Source: a virus (lineage: Duplodnaviria; Caudoviricetes). From it: DNA of 61,955 bases. The notes under the pieces were generated by a model. The model saw nothing but the letters and a program-made list of their open reading frames with translations. It had not been told where the DNA came from and did no database searches. Positions within the stretch are counted from its first letter, which is position 1, and each line of letters opens with the position of its first letter. The DNA lies in IMG/VR virus record IMGVR_UViG_3300032288_000863, positions 1 through 61,955 of that record. One strand, 5' to 3'. A program made the position numbers and the translations under genes. Of this stretch, positions 37,774 through 47,375 are shown one piece after another.

Positions 37774-37802
37774 TTGACGGATGCGGCGAGTCCGCCCATA
37801 CT
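37774..37802 (+). promoter_or_regulatory. sigma70-like promoter P1
   Basis: TTGACG-17 nt-CATACT. Confidence 0.65.
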
Positions 37803-37842
37803 GTGCTCATCGGCTAGCACATCGCTAGCCGACAACCCGCAT

Positions 37843-37859
37843 CCTATCGCGGCGATAGG
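37843..37859. promoter_or_regulatory. 17-bp palindromic box 1
   Basis: CCTATCGC-G-GCGATAGG. Confidence 0.8.
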
Positions 37860-37881
37860 ACACTTAGTGGAGCATAGTTAA

Positions 37882-38430
37882 ATGAAAGCAATACAGTCCG
37901 TACGTGAAGCAGTAACCGTAGCCTTAAACGTCGAAGCAAAGTATGCCGAAGTGGTGCGATACTTTGGCGATCCCGGATGCTTCGATGCCGAACCGAACGA
38001 GGCCGCGAAGAAGCTCAAGGCGGAAGCGAAAGAGGAGCTGTACCAGCAACTCAGTAAGCGAGAAGGTGGCGACGCAGCGAAAGCCGCCAAGCTAACAAAG
38101 GACGCGTGGAAGGATCTGACGGGCACCGAGAAGAAGCGGCTACAGGCCGCGCGCAACCGCGTCAAGATGCTGGTCGATAACCGATGGGCTCGCATGAAGC
38201 TCACGTGGAAGCAGGCGGGCGAGGAGATGGCCACCGCTGAGGCCGCAGAGTCTGGCGAGCCTATGCCAGCGAAGGCTAAGAAAACCGTATTGGATCGGTG
38301 GGCTGCCTTCGAGGTTGAATCGACCAAGGCTGTTAAGAAGAGCCTAGAGCTAGATCCGCAACGGTATGCGGAATGGGTCGCACATTGCCGGGCAGAGTTA
38401 CAGAAGATGCTCGACGCGCGGAAACTCTGA
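37882..38430 (+). CDS. hypothetical early protein (monocistronic)
   Basis: 182 aa helical, GGAG RBS, own promoter and terminator. Confidence 0.75.
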   Translation: MKAIQSVREAVTVALNVEAKYAEVVRYFGDPGCFDAEPNEAAKKLKAEAKEELYQQLSKREGGDAAKAAKLTKDAWKDLTGTEKKRLQAARNRVKMLVDNRWARMKLTWKQAGEEMATAEAAESGEPMPAKAKKTVLDRWAAFEVESTKAVKKSLELDPQRYAEWVAHCRAELQKMLDARKL

Positions 38431-38445
38431 TCTACCTCGCCACAC

Positions 38446-38477
38446 AGGGAGGAGCCTTTCGGCTCCTCCCTTTTTTT
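38446..38477 (+). terminator. intrinsic terminator
   Basis: AGGGAGGAGCC-TTTC-GGCTCCTCCCT followed by a T run. Confidence 0.9.
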
Positions 38478-38649
38478 GTGCCCAGCACTGGCATCGGCAC
38501 TGGTCTCGTGCGCGTGCGCGTGTCTGGCGAGCGCGTGCGTGCGTGTTTGTAAAGTAAAACTACTTATCATTTTGCTAAGTTTGTAAAGTAATCCTATATA
38601 GCAAATTGCTAAGTAGGCGCGTGCGTGAGTATTTTTTTTATTTTCTGAT

Positions 38650-38666
38650 CCTATCACGACGATAGG
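38650..38666. promoter_or_regulatory. 17-bp palindromic box 2
   Basis: CCTATCAC-G-ACGATAGG. Confidence 0.75.
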
Positions 38667-38699
38667 ATGGTTCAGTTACACCATCATTTACTGAGTGAG

Positions 38700-39215
38700 T
38701 AAATGATAAACGCGAATTAGTAAAGGGCCGTTCCATTAGTAAAGCGTTGTTCCAGCGTTGTTCCAATTTGTAACTTAGCTAATGGAACGGGATTTCGCTC
38801 TAACTTTATGTATCGACTTTTTGGGGGTCTCGTAAGCCATTGAAAAGTTATTTCCGTGGGCTTGTTCCTTTACTTATCGAAAATGAAACTTTACGTCCGT
38901 TCCAATGTTCCAGCGATTTTCGGGGGGTGAGGGGGGGACCGCGAAAATTTGAGAGGGAGAGGGCAGGGGCGCGAGCCCACACCCATTAGTAAACCGAATT
39001 CTCCCAACAGACCGTCCTCTCTCTAAAACTACTGGAACAATGGAACATTTACCCCCCAATATATATACTTCATAATAATAATATATATACTTACTACTAC
39101 TACTACTACTAAAAACAATAACTTACAAACGCCCCAAAACCCGTATTAGTAAAGTGGCCGTAGCGTAAGCTAAGAAAAAAACTGGAACGGCGCTGGAACA
39201 ATGGAACAACCCTTT
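38700..39215. other. non-coding repeat-rich region, candidate replication origin or genome-end region
   Basis: GTTCCA repeats left and TGGAAC repeats right around an AT-rich/(CTA)n core; repeated TTAGTAAA. Confidence 0.45.
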
Positions 39216-39308
39216 ACAAATCCCCCAAATCTGCCCAAAACGCGCCAAAACCTACCCCGAACCCACCTCAACCCCCAAAAAACACTTCATCTTCTAAGAA
39301 AATATTAG

Positions 39309-39337
39309 TTGACTCAGAAGTAAAGTAGTGCTATACT
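39309..39337 (+). promoter_or_regulatory. strong sigma70-like promoter P2
   Basis: TTGACT-17 nt-TATACT with TGn extension. Confidence 0.8.
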
Positions 39338-39385
39338 ATTCCCAACAGTGAGAGATCGACCAAAACAACCAAACCCTAACCCCAT

Positions 39386-39402
39386 CCTATCGCCACGATA
39401 GG
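39386..39402. promoter_or_regulatory. 17-bp palindromic box 3
   Basis: CCTATCGC-C-ACGATAGG. Confidence 0.8.
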
Positions 39403-39434
39403 ACGCACGACCAAGCCCAAAGGAGGGCACAACA

Positions 39435-39629
39435 ATGAGCAGATACAAAGCAGGGACCAAAGCCGCCGCTACGCGCCTCCGCAAGCACACAGAGGCACAA
39501 GACAAGCTCAAGGCACTCGCTGCCGAGAGACAGGCCACAGAAGCCCGCCTGCATGCACAGGAGGAGGCACGACTCGCTGCCCAAGCCGCACTACGAGCAG
39601 CGGCCAGAAACATCCTATCGTGGCGATAG
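39435..39629 (+). CDS. small Ala/Arg-rich early protein
   Basis: AGGAGG RBS, 64 aa; stop codon lies inside box 4. Confidence 0.65.
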   Translation: MSRYKAGTKAAATRLRKHTEAQDKLKALAAERQATEARLHAQEEARLAAQAALRAAARNILSWR

Positions 39630-39630
39630 G
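39614..39630. promoter_or_regulatory. 17-bp palindromic box 4
   Basis: CCTATCGT-G-GCGATAGG. Confidence 0.8.
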
Positions 39631-39680
39631 ACGAGTGAGAGTGAGAGTAAGTGTGAATGTGTGAGTTTTAAAATTTATAT

Positions 39681-40016
39681 ATGAGGGATAGTGTGATGAG
39701 CAGAAGCAACGAGACTTACAACGGCTGGACCAATTACGCCACGTGGCGCGTTCACTTGGAGATGTTCGACGGCATGGAGTTGGGTACGCCCGTGTCTGCC
39801 CACGACTTGCAGGACATGGCCGAGGACGCAGTAGAGATGACTTCATCAGAGGGCTTCGCCCGGGACTACGCGATGGCATTCCTGTCAGACGTGAACTGGC
39901 ACGAGATCGCCGAGCATGTGACCGCCTGCAACGAGGACGAGAAAGAATACGAGGACTATGACCTAGACCCAGACCCCCATGCGGGGAGCGAGTGGACAGG
40001 CGCAGGAGGGAGGTGA
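39681..40016 (+). CDS. acidic conserved phage early protein
   Basis: YNGWTNYATW..., FLSDVNWHEIA; start may be a few codons downstream. Confidence 0.7.
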   Translation: MRDSVMSRSNETYNGWTNYATWRVHLEMFDGMELGTPVSAHDLQDMAEDAVEMTSSEGFARDYAMAFLSDVNWHEIAEHVTACNEDEKEYEDYDLDPDPHAGSEWTGAGGR

Positions 40017-40033
40017 GCCAAAATAAAAACCCC

Positions 40034-40062
40034 TTGACTCTAAAGTAAAGTTATGCTAGACT
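40034..40062 (+). promoter_or_regulatory. sigma70-like promoter P3
   Basis: TTGACT-17 nt-TAGACT with TGn; spacer nearly identical to P2. Confidence 0.75.
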
Positions 40063-40085
40063 ATTATCTGTTTGAGTGAGAGTGT

Positions 40086-40129
40086 AGTTGTTTGTTGAGT
40101 TGTTTGTTGAGTTGTTTGTTGAGTTGTTT
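40086..40129. repeat. 12-bp tandem repeat AGTTGTTTGTTG (~3.7 copies)
   Basis: Visible directly in the P3 leader. Confidence 0.9.
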
Positions 40130-40147
40130 AGTTAAACCCCGGCTGAC

Positions 40148-40164
40148 CCTATCGTGACGATAGG
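40148..40164. promoter_or_regulatory. 17-bp palindromic box 5
   Basis: CCTATCGT-G-ACGATAGG. Confidence 0.8.
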
Positions 40165-40216
40165 ACGCGATAAGCGGCGCGGTATTCCGCGTAGCCACAG
40201 TAACGAGGAAAGAGAA

Positions 40217-41146
40217 ATGAACATGATTACCTATACCCCTGACAACATCCCGGCCAGCATCGCTGCCCCGTCGCACATCACCAGCCTGCAAACAGCAGGC
40301 ATTCTCGTAGGGGTGCGTGTCCGCACCACCACGGGCAGTGTGAAAGACCACGAAGCGAGCGAGGAGATCACGGCGCAGAAGAACGCGACGCACGGCGCAG
40401 CCAGCGTGACCAAGCACCTGCTCGACGGGCCGGAGTTCAAGGCGCTAAAGAGTATGTCGAGCGCAGTACGTAACGGCATGGTGCGGTTTTGTTTCCGGTG
40501 GTCCGACGACTGGTGGTACGTGCCGATGGCCCGCTATGACGCCTACTGCACGTGGGAGGCGGAGATCATCAAGCAGTTTGACGAGCGACTAGAGGCCTTC
40601 TTGCACGCATACGTGGCGCTCCGTGCTGACGCTGCGTTCCGGTTGGGCGACATGTTCAACGCGTCCGAGTACCCCACGGTAGAGGAGTTGCGTCGCAGGT
40701 TCGGCATCACGCCCCTGCGTGCCGACGTGCCAAGCGGGGACTTTCGCGTACAGATAGCCCAAGACTTGGCCGATGATCTACGCAAGCACTACGTGAACCA
40801 GACAGCCGAGGTGGTCTCCGGCATGGTCGCAGCGCAGCGCGAGCAGTTGATCGAGGTGATGAAGTCCCTCGCCCACACGTGCGGGACCGAGGTCAAGCAG
40901 AACAAGAAGGGCGAGACGGTCGTCGCACGGCGCAAGCTCCACGAGTCGACGCTGACAAAAGCACTGGAGATGATCGACACATTCCGGCGGTTTAATCCTG
41001 CCGGGGATCAGGTGCTGGAGGACATCCGCACGAGCCTTGAGCAGGCGCTGTCTGGCGTGACTATCGAGACCCTGCGCGAGTCCGACACGGTGCGCTCCCA
41101 TGTGGAGCAGGAGGTGACCAGCATATTGGACAAGTTCCGTCTGTGA
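40217..41146 (+). CDS. DUF3150-like protein
   Basis: ATG 40217 with GAGGA RBS; LGDMFN..EYP..EEL..RF pattern; upstream of AAA/vWA pair. Confidence 0.6.
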   Translation: MNMITYTPDNIPASIAAPSHITSLQTAGILVGVRVRTTTGSVKDHEASEEITAQKNATHGAASVTKHLLDGPEFKALKSMSSAVRNGMVRFCFRWSDDWWYVPMARYDAYCTWEAEIIKQFDERLEAFLHAYVALRADAAFRLGDMFNASEYPTVEELRRRFGITPLRADVPSGDFRVQIAQDLADDLRKHYVNQTAEVVSGMVAAQREQLIEVMKSLAHTCGTEVKQNKKGETVVARRKLHESTLTKALEMIDTFRRFNPAGDQVLEDIRTSLEQALSGVTIETLRESDTVRSHVEQEVTSILDKFRL

Positions 41147-41163
41147 GAGAGGGAGTGCGCGGT

Positions 41164-41180
41164 CCTATCGTCACGATAGG
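41164..41180. promoter_or_regulatory. 17-bp palindromic box 6
   Basis: CCTATCGT-C-ACGATAGG. Confidence 0.8.
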
Positions 41181-41300
41181 ATGGTGCGAAAGTGAAGGTG
41201 AGAGTACGGAGTTGATTTAGATATTTTAGTTTGTTTCATTTTGGTTTAGTACTTTCTTAGTTAATACAGTTACACACAGTTACACACAAGGAGAGCCATC

Positions 41301-42401
41301 ATGGCTATCAATGCTGCTTCGTTTCAGTCTTTCGTTTCCATCAACGACTGCGCCCGCCTGATCCGCACGGTGGGTGACACGATCACGGTGATCGTCGAGT
41401 CCGAGCCCGGGTGTGGCAAGTCCAGCATCCTGCGCCTGCTGCGCGAGCAGATGGGCGACGAGCATGAGTATGTGTATCTCGACTGCCCGACACTGGGCGA
41501 TGGTGATCTGGGCATGAACATCCCGGATCGGGAGAGCAAGACGCTGGAGTTCTACGTGTCGGCCCTGCTCAAGTTAGACAGCGACAAGCCCGTGGTCATC
41601 ATGCTCGACGAGTATCTGAAGTGCGACAAGCTCCTCAAGAAGATGTTCACCCGCCTCATGCTGGAGCGGGAGATCGGGGACCGTGCCCTGCCCGAGGGGT
41701 CCATCGTGTTCGCCACATCTAACAATGCGTCAGACGGTGTGAACGACACCATCGAGGCGCACGTGGGCAACAGGGTGATGCGCGTGCAGATGGCCAAGCC
41801 GAACCACATCTCGTGGAACGTGTACGCGACCAACAAGGGACTCGACCCCCTGCTCCGTGCATGGGTGGCGTTCAGGCCCAAGGCGTTGCATTCCTACAAG
41901 GAGATCACGCCCGACGAGTTGCGCGACAACGAGTACATCTTCAACCCGACCAAGCCCACTCAGGTGTCGTTCGTGTCGCCACGTTCGCTTGAGAAGTGCG
42001 ACGTGGTGATCCGCAACCGCACGATGCTGGGCGAGGATCTGACCCGGGCGGCGCTGGCGGGTACGGTGGGCGTGCCTGCGGCAGACAGCATGATGACGTT
42101 CTTCATGCTGGAGAAAGACCTGATCCCGGTCCCGGTCATCTTGAAAGATCCCGAGGCGGCGGCGATACCCACATCAGCAGGCGCGACCATGCTCACGCTG
42201 TTCAACGCGGTCGATACCATCGAGACGCAGGACCAACTGAGCCGCATGATGCGCTACGCCAAGCGCCTGCCGAGCGAGGAGTATCGCGCAGTCTTTTTCT
42301 CCATGTTGTGTGAGAGCAAGCGCACCGTGCGGCTCGCCCTTCAGAACGCAGACCTGAAGGATTGGTACAAGGATGCTAACAACCGTGACCTCGTGCACTG
42401 A
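41301..42401 (+). CDS. AAA+ ATPase (MoxR/AAA_5-like)
   Basis: Walker A EPGCGKS, Walker B IMLDE, sensor ATSN, NR finger, SPRS. Confidence 0.85.
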   Translation: MAINAASFQSFVSINDCARLIRTVGDTITVIVESEPGCGKSSILRLLREQMGDEHEYVYLDCPTLGDGDLGMNIPDRESKTLEFYVSALLKLDSDKPVVIMLDEYLKCDKLLKKMFTRLMLEREIGDRALPEGSIVFATSNNASDGVNDTIEAHVGNRVMRVQMAKPNHISWNVYATNKGLDPLLRAWVAFRPKALHSYKEITPDELRDNEYIFNPTKPTQVSFVSPRSLEKCDVVIRNRTMLGEDLTRAALAGTVGVPAADSMMTFFMLEKDLIPVPVILKDPEAAAIPTSAGATMLTLFNAVDTIETQDQLSRMMRYAKRLPSEEYRAVFFSMLCESKRTVRLALQNADLKDWYKDANNRDLVH

Positions 42402-42510
42402 GATTCGCTAGTTTAACTGGACAAAAGACGTTGAGCCATGAGAGTATCAAGACGATCCGACAGTTGGGTTATGCAGTCGTTGTAGTTCCACACAGTGAAG
42501 GAGATTTGAT

Positions 42511-43812
42511 ATGAGTAACGTAGCCATTGATAACATCGCGCTTGCCGAGCAAGTGCTGAAGAAAGCCCACGTGCGCCTGCTGCGCCATCGCAAGACCTAT
42601 CTCTACAGTGGCGTGCTGCTGCTGGGGGACAGCATGGTGGACGACAGCAAGGGGCCGACTGCGTGCACCGACGGACTGAACAAGTACTACAACAGCAACT
42701 TCCTCGCATCACTGGGCGCGATCAGTAAGGTGTCAGGCCTTGTGCTGCACGAAGCGTTGCACGTGTTCCTCAAGCAGTTGCAGCGGCACAAGGACTTGTG
42801 GGACGAGGACCGCAAGCTCGCTAACGCAGCCGCTGACTATGTGGTCAATGCCATCATCAAGGACATCGAGAACGAGGACCGCGCGGCGCTGGCGGCAGCT
42901 AACAACAAGGCAGACCCCGTGGTGATACTGCCCGACGGTGCGCTGTACGATGCCAAGTTCATCAACTGGTCAATGCGTCAGGTGTACGACTTCCTTAAAC
43001 AAGCCAAGCAAGCTAACAAGCCGCAGCCACAGGACGACGAGGGCAAGGGCGACAAGGACAAGGACGAGGACGGGTGCGACACGGTCTCGGTCGATGGCAA
43101 GGAGTACAAGCTCGACACGATGGACGAGCACGACACGTCAGGCGTCGAGGTGCTGACTGACGAGGAGGTCAAGGAGATGACCGCCAAGATCGACGCAGCC
43201 ATACAGGAGGCGGGGTTGCTCGCCGGGTTGTCCAGCCAGAAGCTGCCGCGTGCCGTGCAGGAGTTGTTCGAGCCAGAGGTGCGCTGGGAGGACGTGATGC
43301 AGGAGTTTTTCGTGAGCCATGCCCGGGGCAACAGCGAGTACACATTCTCCAAGTTCAACCGTCGCCGCATTGTTGACGAGATTTACAGACCACACACATA
43401 CAACGAGAAGCTGGGCCGCGTGGTGCTGGGCATCGACACGTCATGCTCCATCTCACAAGAGCAGATCAGCCGCGTGATTAACCATACAGTGTCACTGTGT
43501 GAGCAGTGCAGCCCGAACGAGTTGCTCGTGTTGTGGTGGGATACGTCAGTGCACGGTGAGCAGCGGTTCAGCGAGGAGAGTTTCGGTAACCTGCGCCATG
43601 CACTCAAGCCGGTGGGGTTCGGTGGCACGCGTGCAGGATGCGTCAGTGAGTATCTGACAACTAACAATATCCACGCTGACTGCATCGTGATTTTCACCGA
43701 CGGGTACGTAGAAGACAACGTCAAGTGGGAAGTATCTGCGCCGACGTTGTGGGTGGTGAAAGGCAACGAGCGGTTTGTTCCGCCCGCTGGCAAGATCGTG
43801 AAGTTCAAGTAA
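42511..43812 (+). CDS. putative metallopeptidase plus vWA domain protein (DUF2201-like)
   Basis: TACTDG, HEALH (HExxH), N.AAD..VN, MIDAS DTSCS, GGT, FTDG. Confidence 0.85.
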   Translation: MSNVAIDNIALAEQVLKKAHVRLLRHRKTYLYSGVLLLGDSMVDDSKGPTACTDGLNKYYNSNFLASLGAISKVSGLVLHEALHVFLKQLQRHKDLWDEDRKLANAAADYVVNAIIKDIENEDRAALAAANNKADPVVILPDGALYDAKFINWSMRQVYDFLKQAKQANKPQPQDDEGKGDKDKDEDGCDTVSVDGKEYKLDTMDEHDTSGVEVLTDEEVKEMTAKIDAAIQEAGLLAGLSSQKLPRAVQELFEPEVRWEDVMQEFFVSHARGNSEYTFSKFNRRRIVDEIYRPHTYNEKLGRVVLGIDTSCSISQEQISRVINHTVSLCEQCSPNELLVLWWDTSVHGEQRFSEESFGNLRHALKPVGFGGTRAGCVSEYLTTNNIHADCIVIFTDGYVEDNVKWEVSAPTLWVVKGNERFVPPAGKIVKFK

Positions 43813-43837
43813 GTTAATTAAGTAAGGAGCAAGTGCT

Positions 43838-44878
43838 ATGCAAGACCAGATATTTTATCCCGGCATCTTCAACGACGAGGAGAAGCGGGCTATCGCCACC
43901 GGACCACTTAAGTTTCTCATTCAGAACTTTCACTACAAGTTGAACTCGGTGCCCAAGTTGGTGGGGTATCTAGATGTAAACGGGACTCACATGGCGGCTT
44001 TCTGTACACAAGAAGGCGCGTACTTAGGCGCGGTACGACAGTACAACGATGACTACATGCTGATGTCTTCTGACGGTGACTTTGCGGGATACAACGGAGG
44101 AAATTCCACTGATTATGCTGTATCAAAGAATCAACGCTATCTTGTTAGCGCGATAACAAAACCTCGTGCGTCACGCACAGAGTTCTTTGTCAAGGTTAAA
44201 CGTGCTACAGAATTGGCTTCTGAAGGTGGTGTTTCTGCTCCGTTTGCATCGTTGCTCAGTGACTGTGCAGATGGACTGAGGTCGCTGACACTCAAACCGC
44301 CGAGTGACCCGCCGATGATCACGGCGGCAGAGTTAAGCAGCGGAATACTCCCGGTGGTGTTTGAGGGACAGCCTGTACTGTCAATACCACAGGCACTGCG
44401 TGACAAGATAGAGAGAATCTACAATCACAACAAAAAGCTGAGCAGTGCATACGACACTTTTAATAAAATAGTGGACGATATGTTTGCCACAAATAAATGG
44501 GTGGTCATTCCTATCCAGAGTTACAGACCGAACACGGCGGCCGCACGCACGATGTTTGTTGTGGGTGCAGTGAGATTCAGCGAGACTGCTAAGAATGTTA
44601 TGAAAGATGTATCGGGTTACATGTATAGGGTGCAGCCATACATTCAATTGGTCACACCGTTCAAAGTGTACAGAGATGTCGATGCGCTGCCCGAGGATCT
44701 GGTAACTAACATGACCATGAACAGTATGTTTATGCGTAGCAACGGCACGCAGTTTGTACGCGACACCAATGAGCTTGTGCCCCTACCGACATCACATAGA
44801 CACGTGTTCAGCGAAGCAACGAACTCGATTACGACAAGAGTGAGCCCGCAAACCGCTGTTTATATTCTGGACAAGTGA
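43838..44878 (+). CDS. hypothetical protein
   Basis: 346 aa, AAGGAG RBS. Confidence 0.7.
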   Translation: MQDQIFYPGIFNDEEKRAIATGPLKFLIQNFHYKLNSVPKLVGYLDVNGTHMAAFCTQEGAYLGAVRQYNDDYMLMSSDGDFAGYNGGNSTDYAVSKNQRYLVSAITKPRASRTEFFVKVKRATELASEGGVSAPFASLLSDCADGLRSLTLKPPSDPPMITAAELSSGILPVVFEGQPVLSIPQALRDKIERIYNHNKKLSSAYDTFNKIVDDMFATNKWVVIPIQSYRPNTAAARTMFVVGAVRFSETAKNVMKDVSGYMYRVQPYIQLVTPFKVYRDVDALPEDLVTNMTMNSMFMRSNGTQFVRDTNELVPLPTSHRHVFSEATNSITTRVSPQTAVYILDK

Positions 44879-44886
44879 GGTAACAC

Positions 44887-45189
44887 ATGACCCCTGAAGC
44901 AAAAGTAAAAAAGAAAGTACGCGCTATACTTGAAGAGCGCGGCGCGTACTACGCCATGCCTGTCACCGGAGGGTATGGCGCTTCAGGGGTTCCTGATTTT
45001 CTAATCTGTCATTACGGGAGGTTCATCGGAGTAGAGTGCAAAGCAAACGGCAACAAACCTACGGCACTACAGTTGAGTGCCATGAAGAAGATCGAACTGG
45101 CGGGGGGAACTACGCTGGTGATTGATGAGACAAACTTGAATCAACTAAACACACTGTTGAAAGGAATTAGTTATGAAGAAGCAAAGTAA
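44887..45189 (+). CDS. VRR-NUC domain nuclease
   Basis: PEAKVK, GVPDF, FIGVECK, PTALQ. Confidence 0.85.
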   Translation: MTPEAKVKKKVRAILEERGAYYAMPVTGGYGASGVPDFLICHYGRFIGVECKANGNKPTALQLSAMKKIELAGGTTLVIDETNLNQLNTLLKGISYEEAK

Positions 45190-45613
45190 AACGGCACAGA
45201 TTCGCAAGTTGCTGGAGCAAGGTAAGACGGTGGCAGAGATTGCTAAGAAGCTGAAAGTCACGCCTGCTGCGGCCTACCAAGTGCGCTGGCGTATGCACAA
45301 TGCGAAGATGAGCAAGCCGGTTGATAGAGAGATTGAAATAAAGGAAGCCGTGAAGAAAGAGCCGGTTGATATTCATACCCTCGCCCCTGTACCAGTAGCG
45401 CCGGTCGATCTTGTGAACGAACCGCCGCACTACAAGGCTGGCAAGATTGAAACTATCGACTACATTGAAGCGTGGAACTTCAGCTATCACCTTGCCAACG
45501 TGATCAAATACGTAAGCCGTGCGCCATACAAGGGCAACTATTTGCAAGATCTGAAAAAGGCAGAGTGGTATCTCAAGCGTGCTATCAGGAACTTTGAGGA
45601 GAGTGTGCAATGA
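45173..45613 (+). CDS. HTH plus DUF3310 (T7 gp1.7-like nucleotide kinase) protein
   Basis: N-terminal GKTVAEIAKKLKVT; VNEPPHY, ETIDYI, NVIKY..R...K....DLKKA.WYL. Confidence 0.75.
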   Translation: MKKQSKTAQIRKLLEQGKTVAEIAKKLKVTPAAAYQVRWRMHNAKMSKPVDREIEIKEAVKKEPVDIHTLAPVPVAPVDLVNEPPHYKAGKIETIDYIEAWNFSYHLANVIKYVSRAPYKGNYLQDLKKAEWYLKRAIRNFEESVQ

Positions 45614-47375
45614 CCGGAAAAACTATTAAAGAACAAATAGAAGAAGAACTGGAGCGTTTGGCGGGGCTGAACGAAACATTCGATGATGTCTTCAACCGTA
45701 TCTTCTGTGATGCGAGAGGGCCGACTGACTTGGATAAACTTTTTGAGGAGGACGACGATGAGCAAGAGAACCATGAAGAGTGACGTGCTATCCATGATGT
45801 TCTTTGCTATGGCAGGGCTGTTCCTCGGAGTGGTTCTGTTTGGCTGGATCACGGGATGCGGCGAACACTACATCGATGCCGCAGGAAACGCCCACGTATA
45901 CGAGTGCTACAAATGAATAAGTATGAGCAAAACGAGATGCGTCATTGGCGCAAAGAATGCTACCGCAGCCTGCGCGATGCAGAGCAAGTGATCGGGCAAT
46001 ACTGGAACAGTGGCAAGTGGGAGCGTGACGCTGATATGGTCGGGCGTGAGTCCGCAGCTATTGCCATGCTTGCTTTCTCTGCGATGGCGCTTGGACTTTA
46101 CTGTTTAGGAATCTGATAGATGAAAGATGACCGCAGGGTAGAGACTCCTCCGATCACCCCGAAGGAGAAGAAGAAAGAACAGCACGACGAGATCACTCGA
46201 CAGATAGCCTACTATCTGCACAAGGGTGGCACGATCCAAAAACTTAACGTAAACGAGAGGAAGGAAAATGCAAAAGACACTGGACCCGAACAGGATCATC
46301 ACAAACGTCGTTTTTAGTTACGAGCGTATGGAACAGGAATACCTCGCCATGCGTGAGCAAGTGGAGTTCTATCGTCGAGAGTTGGAGAATGTGGAGGCAC
46401 AGACTCGCCGCGTGGCTCTGCGGTGCATAGAGGTGCTAGAAGATTGCGGGTACGATCACGCCGCTGACATCGTGTGTAAGAACTTTGGCGTCGAATTGGA
46501 GGATGAGTGATGGGCGGCAGCAAAATCAGCAAGGCAGCAAAGGAAGGTTATTACAACGCCACGCGCACAGTGATCTGCCAGTACTGCTCCAAGATACGTA
46601 GCACTGAGAATCTTCACCAGATCAAGCCGCGCATCAAGTGCAAGGACTGTCACGAGAATAGGAAGTACAGGTGATGGACAGAGAAGACATCATCCGCATG
46701 GCGCAGAAAGTTGGTTTAATGTATTTAGATGGTGTTTATGAGGATGCACTAGTGGAGTTCGCGTCTCTTGTCGCTGCCGCCGAAGCCGCAAAGTATGAAA
46801 AGCAAAGTGTGTTGCTGCGCGGATTTGCAGAAGAAGAGGGGATAAAAGATAAAGAATTGATTAAATTAATTGAAAGCAGCGGAGCGACATTGCACGGTGA
46901 CATTGAGTTCTTTGCTTATCTGATAGCAGAACGTGAGCGAGAAGCGTGTGCCGCCACGGTTGAACGTGGGATGGGAGATTGGCGACTTGGGAAGAAGGCC
47001 GCCGAAGCTATCCGCGCAAGGGGTAAAGATGCTTGACCTTGTTGACTCATGGTATGACTTTGCGTTCCCCGCGCTGTTCATCTGGTTATGGACAGCGTGG
47101 GTTTTTGAAATCGAGGCGGTAGTAATCGAATGATTTGCCCAAGATGTCAGGATAGATTCTTTAGTCGTAACTATTCTACCCGTGCGCTGCACAAAACAGT
47201 CACGTGTCCGCAGTGTAAGTGGAGATTCCCTGCGCCTTTGCGAGCGGATACACGTAGGATAATAAAAGAGATGTTGCCCGATGATTTGTTTGAGGGCACA
47301 TGGCGCACTCTGGATGTACCCGGACGAGTTGAATGGTTAGTTAATAAAGTGAAAGAGCTAGTTAAGAAGGAATGA
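45610..47375 (+). other. run of ~9 small coupled hypothetical ORFs (45610-45783, ~45758-45916, 45913-46116, 46120-46317, 46268-46510, 46510-46674, 46671-47036, ~47029-47133, 47130-47375)
   Basis: Overlapping start/stop codons; two carry CxxC..CxxC Zn motifs and three have hydrophobic segments. Confidence 0.55.

Noticed and set aside
37843-41180. Palindromic repeats as a CRISPR array
   Set aside because: Only 17 bp, spaced 200-1000 bp apart with genes in between; no cas operon.
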